Virus record (IMG/VR): IMGVR_UViG_3300016476_000359
Coordinates: 1 to 42,158 of that record
Source of the DNA: a virus
Lineage: Duplodnaviria; Caudoviricetes
Direction: 5' to 3' (one strand)
DNA: 42,158 nucleotides
A program made the translations under genes and the position numbers. The notes under the pieces are model-generated. The model saw nothing but the letters and a program-made list of their open reading frames with translations. It did not search any database and was not told the DNA's origin. Shown piece by piece: positions 35,445 to 42,158 of this stretch (position 1 is its first letter; every line of letters begins with the position of its first letter).

Positions 35445-35485
35445 AAAAAAAAAAAATTGCCCCCGCCGAAGCGGGGACAATTTTT
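35445..35485 (-). terminator. Intrinsic terminator, c(UUCG)g loop, long U-tract (possibly bidirectional)
   Basis: AATTG.CCCCGC-CGAA-GCGGGG.CAATT flanked by A12 and T5. Confidence 0.8.
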
Positions 35486-35543
35486 AGTTATCGTGTTTCG
35501 GGCATCGGTTCCCGTCACACTGACATTCGGCGTATGGGTTCAC
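35484..35543 (-). CDS. Putative 19-aa Cys/His micropeptide (MNPYAECQCDGNRCPKHDN)
   Basis: GAAGGAG SD before GTG; lies between a hairpin and the terminator. Confidence 0.45.
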   Translation of the reverse strand: MNPYAECQCDGNRCPKHDN

Positions 35544-35568
35544 GGTTCTCCTTCTGTCGGAGGATAGG

Positions 35569-35594
35569 GAGGGCGGGGATTGCTCCCCGCCCTC
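35569..35594 (-). other. Intergenic 11-bp hairpin with GCAA tetraloop
   Basis: GAGGGCGGGGA-TTGC-TCCCCGCCCTC on +; no U-tract. Confidence 0.65.
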
Positions 35595-35599
35595 GGTGA

Positions 35600-36160
35600 T
35601 TAGTTCAGTTCCGCCTCGGAAGTAACCGAGTAGGTGTCGAGGTCGGCGGAGTACCAGTCCGCGTAATCCTCGAGGTCGCTCGCGTCCATGTCCGAGAACA
35701 GTTCCTCGGCTTGCTCACGAGCCTCGTCGGGGTCGGAAGCCTCGACAGTGAACGAGTAGGTGACGGGAACGGTGACATACCCCGAGACATTCACGAAGTA
35801 CTCACGAGTCCTACGGGGACCGCCGAGTGCTTCGGCAATGTTGTCGAAGACCTCGCAGTGGTTAGCGTTGTCTGCCAGTTCCTGAGCCTTAGCCCAGAAA
35901 TTCGCGAGGCGGGGGTCGGAACCGTCAATCTGCTCCGACTCGAGTCGAGTGATGCGGTCGCCAAGCGTCCGCGCCAGTTCGAGGGCGTTAGTCAGTTTCT
36001 CAGCAATAGCGTCAGCCGTTGCCGTGGCAATGGGTCGACCGTCTTGGTATCGCTCGAACCCGTTAGCGGTGTAGTGCCAACCGTCCGAGTGGACGGGGGC
36101 GGTTGGAGGGGGAGTATCCGAGTCGCCCGCAGGTGACTCGAATGGGGTTGGGTTGTCCAT
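35600..36160 (-). CDS. Early hypothetical protein with strongly acidic C-terminal domain
   Basis: GAAAGG SD; 186 aa; VEASDPDEAREQAEELF motif. Confidence 0.72.
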   Translation of the reverse strand: MDNPTPFESPAGDSDTPPPTAPVHSDGWHYTANGFERYQDGRPIATATADAIAEKLTNALELARTLGDRITRLESEQIDGSDPRLANFWAKAQELADNANHCEVFDNIAEALGGPRRTREYFVNVSGYVTVPVTYSFTVEASDPDEAREQAEELFSDMDASDLEDYADWYSADLDTYSVTSEAELN

Positions 36161-36181
36161 AGTTGGACCTTTCTTTGTTAG

Positions 36182-36204
36182 TCCCCTGACACGGTGTCAG
36201 GGGA
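36182..36204. promoter_or_regulatory. Perfect 11-bp inverted repeat with 1-nt spacer (operator-like)
   Basis: TCCCCTGACAC-G-GTGTCAGGGGA. Confidence 0.5.
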
Positions 36205-36298
36205 ATCCTGTTAGTTGTCTCGTGTCTCTCTGTAGTTATCAAGTTGCTCTCGCTCGGTGGCGATGAATCCATAGTCTCAATGATGTTGTATGCGATTC

Positions 36299-36313
36299 GT
36301 CCACTTGTTTCCA
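36299..36313 (-). repeat. Conserved early-region motif copy 4 (TGGAAACAAGTGGAC)
   Basis: 15-nt match at the divergence point of the two genome arms. Confidence 0.78.
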
Positions 36314-36351
36314 TAGTTAGGGGTAACTCGCATCGAACTTTTGCGAACCCG

Positions 36352-36360
36352 TGGTACGCT
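36352..36360 (+). promoter_or_regulatory. Extended -10 promoter (TGG-TACGCT), leaderless start at 36368
   Basis: 7 nt before the ATG; start of the rightward arm. Confidence 0.65.
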
Positions 36361-36367
36361 ATCGACT

Positions 36368-36802
36368 ATGAAGGCCCGCAAGAAGGTACGGTACGCTAAC
36401 CCCGTGTTGCATGTTGTCCGCAAGAAGGCCACGGTGTTGGCTATCCAGCTTGAGGGCGAGGAGAGCATCGACATGTTGGCGAGCATGTACTTGAATGTGG
36501 TGGCTCCGAACGCTTTTGGCGATTCGGACCAGTTCAGTCTTCTGAAGTTCGACACCGCGATGGGTGTTCTGTGGTTTCAACCGACAGAGCGTCCGCTAGA
36601 AATGACCGTGGGTGATTGGCTTGTGTATGACGGTGACAACCTCTCTGTCGTGTCGCGAAGCCAGTTCGAGCAGCAGTACCGCATTACCATCCGTAACAAC
36701 AAGAAGGAGAAACATGTCCGAGTCGAAAAAGACAACCTCAAAGGCAAGCTCAAGCGCATCCGAAGTGAGCTCACCGACGGTTACGACTGGTTCGTCCAGT
36801 GA
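36368..36802 (+). CDS. Hypothetical phage protein (RKK..V.AIQ...GDWLV, PGDYG-like family)
   Basis: RKKATVLAIQ ... MTVGDWLV ... FEQQY pattern; leaderless ATG. Confidence 0.65.
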   Translation: MKARKKVRYANPVLHVVRKKATVLAIQLEGEESIDMLASMYLNVVAPNAFGDSDQFSLLKFDTAMGVLWFQPTERPLEMTVGDWLVYDGDNLSVVSRSQFEQQYRITIRNNKKEKHVRVEKDNLKGKLKRIRSELTDGYDWFVQ

Positions 36803-36989
36803 AGAACAGCCGTTGATGAAAGCTGCACGGGAAATGATTGAGTACGCTAACTCACAGCACTTTGTTGCCATCCGCGACAACTCGCGTGGCACCGTTGCGC
36901 TGATGCCTGTTGGTTGGGTGGGTGAGCCTGCTTTGGTGATTGCCGAAATCAAGCTTGACGACCTGCGTGATTTGCTGAAGCAGCTGTAA
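36714..36989 (+). CDS. Hypothetical protein (91 aa), overlaps the upstream gene by 89 nt
   Basis: AAGGAG SD before ATG 36714; TAATG-coupled to the next gene. Confidence 0.6.
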   Translation: MSESKKTTSKASSSASEVSSPTVTTGSSSEEQPLMKAAREMIEYANSQHFVAIRDNSRGTVALMPVGWVGEPALVIAEIKLDDLRDLLKQL

Positions 36990-37507
36990 TGAAAAACCCG
37001 TACATACGACTGCGCGAGTTGTGCGGCTTGACGCAAAAAGCGTTTTGTGAGCGCAACGACTTCGGCAAGATGACCATGGTGTACCTGGAAGCAGGCATTT
37101 ACACCGACATTAGCGACCGACAAAACATAGCCCTCGGGAAAGAGTGCGCTAACCGTGGTGTCGACGCTAAAGCGATTTTGAAGGACGAGTACGGCACGGA
37201 AAGCTTGACGGTTGCGTACAAGCTGTGGCGTACCAGCGAAAGGAAGAAAATTGACAAGACGACGCTACCGAACAAATACTCCTCGGTGGGTGAGAAAAGC
37301 CCGATGGAGGTTTTTGCTCGGACGGTGGCAGGTTCGATTCAGCGTTTTTGTAAAGACTTCAAAATCCAACCCGCAACTCTGAACAGGTACATGCGAGGGC
37401 AAACCCAAAACATGCCGAAAGAGTTGTGCCAAGCATTTGACGAGATTGGCTTCGACTGCACGGCCCTGTGCAAGGCGCAAGCGGATTGGGTACAGGAAAC
37501 GCTATGA
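36989..37507 (+). CDS. Transcriptional regulator with two XRE-like HTH domains
   Basis: LRELCGLTQKAFC...MVYLEAG and SIQRFCKDFKIQPATLNRYMRG. Confidence 0.7.
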   Translation: MKNPYIRLRELCGLTQKAFCERNDFGKMTMVYLEAGIYTDISDRQNIALGKECANRGVDAKAILKDEYGTESLTVAYKLWRTSERKKIDKTTLPNKYSSVGEKSPMEVFARTVAGSIQRFCKDFKIQPATLNRYMRGQTQNMPKELCQAFDEIGFDCTALCKAQADWVQETL

Positions 37508-37605
37508 CAATGCTCGACGGAATTATTTTCATTTGGTTTTTGATTGGCAGCATCCTGATGATGGTGATGTCGATTGCGAACAAGGATTTCAATGACCGAG
37601 ATTGA
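37504..37605 (+). CDS. 33-aa single-TM peptide (MTMLDGIIFIWFLIGSILMMVMSIANKDFNDRD)
   Basis: Hand-translated; ATGA-coupled to the regulator; fills the gap. Confidence 0.55.
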   Translation: MTMLDGIIFIWFLIGSILMMVMSIANKDFNDRD

Positions 37606-38314
37606 GGCGTTTGAGGGTGGCATCCAGGTAGCGGACCCGACAGGTAAGTTCAAGCAGATTGCCACCCCTGACGGCTTCACCGACATTGCGTTTCGCAATG
37701 CGGTGAGTGCCTTTGATACGGCGTACCGTGTCAACGGTGTGGTGCCTTCTGTCGACGACATTGCCATGCTGTTGCCGAACATGCCGAAAAAGACGATTAG
37801 CAAAGTTGTGCTGACGCAAGAGTTCAAAGACGCATTGGCTTACCGTGGTGTGAGTTTCGACCCCGAAAAAGACGGTTTGTCGATGGAACAGCAAACCACT
37901 TTGCTGAAACTGTCCGACCCGTTTGACAAGCGGGCACTGTCGACCAAACTGAAAGAACTGGGCGTACCCATGCCCCGCTTCCAAGCGTGGCTGAAACAAC
38001 CCCTGTTTTTTGAGGTGTACAACAAGTACAGCCAAAACGCCTACCGTGAAGCGTTGCCCGCTTTGCGAAACCGTTTGATTAGCAACGCCGAAGCAGGCGA
38101 CCACAAAGCTATCGAACTGGTGTTTGCGATTACAAACGAGTGGAACCCTGCCCAGCAAAGCCTGGAAGATGCGCGTGTTATTATTATGAAGATTGTTGAA
38201 GCAATAACCACGCATGTGAAAGACCCTGAGGTTCGCAAAGCCATCCTCACAGACATTTCACTTTATGCCACTACAATTAGTGAAGCGGGTTCCCCTAAGA
38301 CTTTGGAGGCATAA
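37592..38314 (+). CDS. Putative terminase small subunit / HTH protein
   Basis: HTH-like KLKELGVPMPRFQAWLKQP.F followed by A.AGDHKAIEL helical hairpin typical of TerS-like proteins. Confidence 0.55.
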   Translation: MTEIEAFEGGIQVADPTGKFKQIATPDGFTDIAFRNAVSAFDTAYRVNGVVPSVDDIAMLLPNMPKKTISKVVLTQEFKDALAYRGVSFDPEKDGLSMEQQTTLLKLSDPFDKRALSTKLKELGVPMPRFQAWLKQPLFFEVYNKYSQNAYREALPALRNRLISNAEAGDHKAIELVFAITNEWNPAQQSLEDARVIIMKIVEAITTHVKDPEVRKAILTDISLYATTISEAGSPKTLEA

Positions 38315-38634
38315 TGCCCACATACACAAGCAAACTTGCGTTGTACTTGCCTGGTGGCGGTTCCTCCAGCATTGGTGGTGCCGACGAAACGGCTGACATC
38401 GACAAGCTCAACCAAAACTTCCAGGCCATTGACACGGCGACTGGTGCCAAGATTGTGACTTCCAGCACCCGCCCTGGCACCCCTTACGCGGGTCAGCAGA
38501 TTTACGAAACCAACACCAAGCTGAGCTATGTGTGGACGGGCAGTGCGTGGGCGTTGCAGAGTCCGCCTGTCACGATTTTTGTCCAGTCAGGAGAACCTAC
38601 GGCGAACGCAGCTGGCGACCTCTGGTTCTGGTAG
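38314..38634 (+). CDS. Minor tail / virion protein
   Basis: LNQNFQAID, SSTRP..PYAGQ.IYET.T...VWTGSAW and GDLWF motifs of actinophage minor tail proteins. Confidence 0.72.
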   Translation: MPTYTSKLALYLPGGGSSSIGGADETADIDKLNQNFQAIDTATGAKIVTSSTRPGTPYAGQQIYETNTKLSYVWTGSAWALQSPPVTIFVQSGEPTANAAGDLWFW

Positions 38635-38642
38635 GTCAGTAG

Positions 38643-39695
38643 ATGACTACCTGGTCCGATGCGTTTAGTGGCAGACCCGAGGCGGTTCTGTACCTCGATG
38701 TCACTGACGGTTCCCCGAATACAACAAGCAACACTTCTGTTGTAAGCTTTACGCTTCGTGTTGTCGGAAACAACGCATCGTGGAACCTGAGCAATGGAAC
38801 TTACAGCGTCACCATTGACGGCACTAACTACACGGGTTCCTGGAACTATGACTTCCGCGTCGACAACACGGAAACCTTGCGTACTGGCACAAAAACAATT
38901 ACGCACGACACCAACGGCAACAAGTCAATTACGGTGTCAGCTACTGCGACTGACGCAGGCGGTAGCCCGCTGGGTACTGCAACGATTACGAGCAAAACCT
39001 TTACAACAAACCCGCTTCCTGGAACTCCGAGCGCCGCACCGACACTGACCCGTGATTCCGCAGGGACGACGATTACTGTGCTGTCGGCAACTTCAGGAAC
39101 AACAGCAACAGTTACGGATTACGAATACCGACAAAGCACTGACGGCTCCACTTGGGGAACAAATGTCAGTATGGGAACTGACCGCACCATTGATGTCACT
39201 GGTTTGACGGCTACCCAGCAGTACTACTACCAGACTCGCGTCAAGACAGCAGACGGTGTTGGGCCGTGGTCCGCGAGCGCCGATGTTGTCGGCATCCCGA
39301 CCGCACCTGCTTCGATTACTGCCACGCGCACCAACCGAGATGTTGCCGTTGTCGCAGGTAACGCAACAGGCACAGGCATTACGGGCTACTGGGTGCAAAA
39401 CTCCAGCAATGGTGGAAGCACTTGGTCCACTGCTGTCGCCATGACTTCGCAGGCGTACACCTACACCAATCTCACCCCTGGACAGACTTACTTGTTCCGC
39501 GTGTACGCGACCAACTCGATTGGCAACTCAGCGTTTACAACTTCAGGCAGCGTGTTTATTCCTGCTGGCGGTAAGCGCTGGGACGGTTCCGCATGGATTT
39601 ATGCCACAACTGCGAAACGCTGGGACGGAAGCGCCTGGGTTGACTTGACAGTTGCAAAACGCTGGGATGGCACATCCTGGACAGATTTGTCCTAG
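38643..39695 (+). CDS. Minor tail protein: DUF859-like N-terminus, two FN3-like domains, three C-terminal KRWDG repeats
   Basis: TITHD.NGNKSI, GLTATQQYYYQTR, NLTPGQTYLFRVYATNSIG, (KRWDGxxW)x3. Confidence 0.78.
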   Translation: MTTWSDAFSGRPEAVLYLDVTDGSPNTTSNTSVVSFTLRVVGNNASWNLSNGTYSVTIDGTNYTGSWNYDFRVDNTETLRTGTKTITHDTNGNKSITVSATATDAGGSPLGTATITSKTFTTNPLPGTPSAAPTLTRDSAGTTITVLSATSGTTATVTDYEYRQSTDGSTWGTNVSMGTDRTIDVTGLTATQQYYYQTRVKTADGVGPWSASADVVGIPTAPASITATRTNRDVAVVAGNATGTGITGYWVQNSSNGGSTWSTAVAMTSQAYTYTNLTPGQTYLFRVYATNSIGNSAFTTSGSVFIPAGGKRWDGSAWIYATTAKRWDGSAWVDLTVAKRWDGTSWTDLS

Positions 39696-39704
39696 TATTA
39701 GCGT

Positions 39705-40952
39705 ATGCCTGCAATGACCTGCACGACATGTGCCTGGGAAGATTCCCGTGGAATCCGTTTGGACCTCAACAAAAGCAACCGAGTCCTTGGTCGAGAGATT
39801 GGCGTTAGCGAAGCGTCTATCCGCCGACACAAAGAACACGGCGAAGCTGGACGACAAGGTAGTGTCAACTCTGTATCCAGTGGGTACTCGTGGAATGTCG
39901 GTAGCGAAGAGTTTGACGGTACAAGTCGACCGTCCGAAAAAGAACTCACCACTAACGATGTAGAAGAGTTCATCAAGTCCAAAGGACTAAACCCTGACGA
40001 GTGGGATTACACTTGGCGATTTAGCGAGTGGGAACAAAGCTCCAAGAAGGATGGGATTCGTATTCTTCACGCCTTCAAAGTTAGCGGTAGGCGTAAGCCC
40101 AAAGACACGGTGTACTCGATTGACCCCGAAGAGTTTAGGTCGATACTTGACGGGTTCCACTATGTCAGCGGTAAAGAGACTCGTGGCGGAGCGTCCAGGA
40201 TTCTTGTCCCTGCAGATTTGCAGTTGGGCAAGAAAGACTGGAATGGCGACCACAAAGAAACCATCGAACAGGCACTGACTTCATTCCATCGCGCAGCCGA
40301 AGAAGCAGACCGCAACGGTAACTGCGAAATCGTGGTTGTCGATGCTGGAGACCCCATCGAAAACATCTACAACATTTCGAGCCAACGAAGCACTAACAGC
40401 CTGTCGCTACCCGCGCAGATTTCTCAAGCATTTGAGTTGATGCTGACAGGGCTTGACCTACTGTCGAAAGTCGCTCCTGTTCGCTATGTCGCTGTGCCGT
40501 CAAACCACGGTCAGAGCCGTGTCGCAATCAAGTCTGCAGAAGGCGATGTGCACGACGATTGGGGAATTGCGTTAGCCGACATGATTCGTGTCGCTACAAA
40601 GGTCCCTGTGATTACGCCTGACCTGTACCACGAGTCGCTAATCTTCGAGGCCAGTGGAAGCAAGATTGGCGTGGTCCACGGACACCAAGCAGGCGGGCCC
40701 GACAAGATTGGTGATTGGTGGAAGGGACAGTCTCACGGAAACATGCCTACCGCACAAGCACGAATCCTGATTTCTGGGCACTGGCACAGCTTCCGTATGT
40801 ACCAGTCTGGAGATGCTCGATGGGTGTTTGTCGGACCGTCAAGTGACCGTGGCTCGTCGTGGTTTACCAATCTCAAGGGCGAGTGGAGCACTTCTGGCAT
40901 GCTTACTTTCCAGACACGCGACAACATTTGGTCTGACCCCAAAATCGTGTAA
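39705..40952 (+). CDS. Metallophosphoesterase (Mre11/calcineurin-like) with N-terminal CxxC-HTH domain
   Basis: ADLQLGK, GDPIE, SNH, HGH, GHWH motifs; N-terminal CTTC...IGVSEASIRRHKEH. Confidence 0.82.
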   Translation: MPAMTCTTCAWEDSRGIRLDLNKSNRVLGREIGVSEASIRRHKEHGEAGRQGSVNSVSSGYSWNVGSEEFDGTSRPSEKELTTNDVEEFIKSKGLNPDEWDYTWRFSEWEQSSKKDGIRILHAFKVSGRRKPKDTVYSIDPEEFRSILDGFHYVSGKETRGGASRILVPADLQLGKKDWNGDHKETIEQALTSFHRAAEEADRNGNCEIVVVDAGDPIENIYNISSQRSTNSLSLPAQISQAFELMLTGLDLLSKVAPVRYVAVPSNHGQSRVAIKSAEGDVHDDWGIALADMIRVATKVPVITPDLYHESLIFEASGSKIGVVHGHQAGGPDKIGDWWKGQSHGNMPTAQARILISGHWHSFRMYQSGDARWVFVGPSSDRGSSWFTNLKGEWSTSGMLTFQTRDNIWSDPKIV

Positions 40953-40964
40953 TACAATGTCCGA

Positions 40965-41054
40965 ATGGACAACGAAAACTCTCAATCAATCAACGGATAC
41001 CCGATTCCTGCCGTCGACCCGATGGACCTCCTGCAGTGCGATAGTTGCCAGTAG
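40965..41054 (+). CDS. 29-aa peptide ending DPMDLLQCDSCQ
   Basis: Hand-translated; TACAAT 6 nt upstream (leaderless); fills the gap exactly. Confidence 0.65.
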   Translation: MDNENSQSINGYPIPAVDPMDLLQCDSCQ

Positions 41055-41066
41055 TAGACTGAAACT

Positions 41067-42158
41067 ATGGCGGAAAACGACTTTACAGGTAGCGGGATTG
41101 GGTCTTCGGACAATCGCCGCCCGACTCCTGATGTCGTAAACGATTTTCACACCAATAGTGATGTCGATACCCGTGCAGAAGCCCAACACCACACACTAGG
41201 GAAAGGTACTTTCCAGGCAGCCCCTGGAGACCACAAGCACAAGCTTGTGGAGCTGACCGACTTCCCTGGCGTAGGTGCTAATGGTCAGTACTTCAAAAGT
41301 TTAGGCGATGGTACTTTTGTGTGGGGAGCAGCTGGTTCTACGGGAAACATGAACTATGCCACAGATTACTACGCAGGAACAGTACCTAGTGGCGCAACAC
41401 TTCCGTACACCACCGCTTCGCTAACGATTACTACCAGCGGTGGCCCCGTCTACCTATCTGTCGGAGGTGACGCAGACGCGGACACCGTTCCTGCAAACAT
41501 TACTCTTCGTTTGTATCGAGGCACTACATCGCTTGGTTCAGCAGCGGAAATGGACGCTGAGTTTACGACTGCAAATTACGACACTGCCGTATCTCTTGCG
41601 TATGTAGACGCTCCTTCTGCAGGCACTTACACATACTCAGTAAAGGTATCGTCTCAATCAGCAGATGCTATCGATTTAGCCATCAATTTGGTAGCTATTG
41701 AACTAACTGGAGCTACTGGACCTACAGGTGCTACTGGACCTACTGGACCTACAGGTGCTACAGGCGCAACTGGTCCTGCTGGCCCTACTGGACCCGCAGG
41801 ACCCACGGGAGCAACAGGAGCAACTGGAGCTACGGGAGCGACAGGTGCTACAGGAGCTACAGGACCTGCTGGCGATGCAGCGACTATTGCTGTTGGTACT
41901 ACGACAACAGGTTCCCCTGGAACCAGTGCTTCAGTAACTAATTCTGGAACTTCATCAGCTGCAGTATTCAACTTCACTATTCCGCAAGGTGCGACAGGTG
42001 CTACTGGCGCTACTGGAGCTACGGGGCCTACTGGTCCGCAAGGTCCTCAAGGAGTCAAAGGTGATACAGGTGATACGGGACCTACTGGTCCTACTGGGCC
42101 TGCTGGCCCGACTGGTCCTACGGGAGCCACGGGTGCTACTGGGGCTACTGGTCCTGGT
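41067..42158 (+). CDS. Tail fibre protein, N-terminal part with collagen-like repeats (continues at position 1)
   Basis: ATG 41067, 364 codons open to the window end; FHTNSDVD...HHTLG.G..QAAPGDH N-terminus; Gly-X-Y repeats. Missing from the ORF track because it has no stop in the window. Confidence 0.85.
   Translation, partial: MAENDFTGSGIGSSDNRRPTPDVVNDFHTNSDVDTRAEAQHHTLGKGTFQAAPGDHKHKLVELTDFPGVGANGQYFKSLGDGTFVWGAAGSTGNMNYATDYYAGTVPSGATLPYTTASLTITTSGGPVYLSVGGDADADTVPANITLRLYRGTTSLGSAAEMDAEFTTANYDTAVSLAYVDAPSAGTYTYSVKVSSQSADAIDLAINLVAIELTGATGPTGATGPTGPTGATGATGPAGPTGPAGPTGATGATGATGATGATGATGPAGDAATIAVGTTTTGSPGTSASVTNSGTSSAAVFNFTIPQGATGATGATGATGPTGPQGPQGVKGDTGDTGPTGPTGPAGPTGPTGATGATGATGPG
41709..42158 (+). 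repeat. Collagen-like (GAT/GPT/GPA) coding repeats in two blocks
   Basis: 9-nt periodic ggN-gct/cct-acN repeats at ~41709-41880 and ~41988-42158, separated by a [10 protein letters not shown]...FNFTIP spacer. Confidence 0.9.

Noticed and set aside
34377-36313. Repeated 16-mer considered as a CRISPR mini-array or integron attC array
   Set aside because: Spacing is 390-880 nt and irregular, the intervals contain genes, and no integrase or cas operon is present.
36989-37507. Immunity repressor implying a temperate lifestyle
   Set aside because: No integrase, parAB or attP seen; the gene lies inside an operon rather than as a divergent cI.
41654-41977. 107-aa - strand ORF with PVAPVAP repeats
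   Set aside because: Reverse-frame image of the collagen repeats of the tail fibre.

Overview
The window reads as an essentially complete, circularly permuted ~42 kb genome of a lytic, podovirus-type tailed phage, most likely infecting an actinobacterium (MSMEG_6728-like gene, GAAAGG/AGGAG ribosome-binding sites, many leaderless TANNNT-N6-ATG starts). The ORF running off the right end (41067-42158, collagen repeats) continues in frame into position 1 (tail fibre, to 1221). The + strand arm (36368 -> 42158/1 -> 20290) carries regulators, a putative TerS, minor tail and tail fibre genes, a metallophosphoesterase, holin plus M23 peptidase, TerL, portal, scaffold, major capsid, adaptor, nozzle, ejection proteins, NlpC/P60 and a second membrane protein. 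The - strand arm (36160 -> 20274) carries small early genes (including an Ocr-like DNA mimic and a HicA-like fusion), a pyrimidine-dimer glycosylase-like protein, SNF2 helicase, HNH, oligoribonuclease, Cas4-like nuclease, Sak4-like ATPase, SSB, a split primase/helicase, family A DNA polymerase and a RuvC-like resolvase. No integrase, tRNA, CRISPR array or reverse transcriptase was seen. The most interesting non-obvious signals are: an array of early 'hairpin + conserved 16-mer + small gene' cassettes (34.4-36.3 kb); an orphan consensus promoter driving a candidate structured ncRNA (34106-~34433); an anti-Shine-Dalgarno hairpin/pseudoknot in front of the primase gene; pervasive leaderless late genes; an overprinted membrane-protein gene before the portal; and apparent GATC/CCGG avoidance. 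All functional calls come from motif recognition by eye, without database searches.
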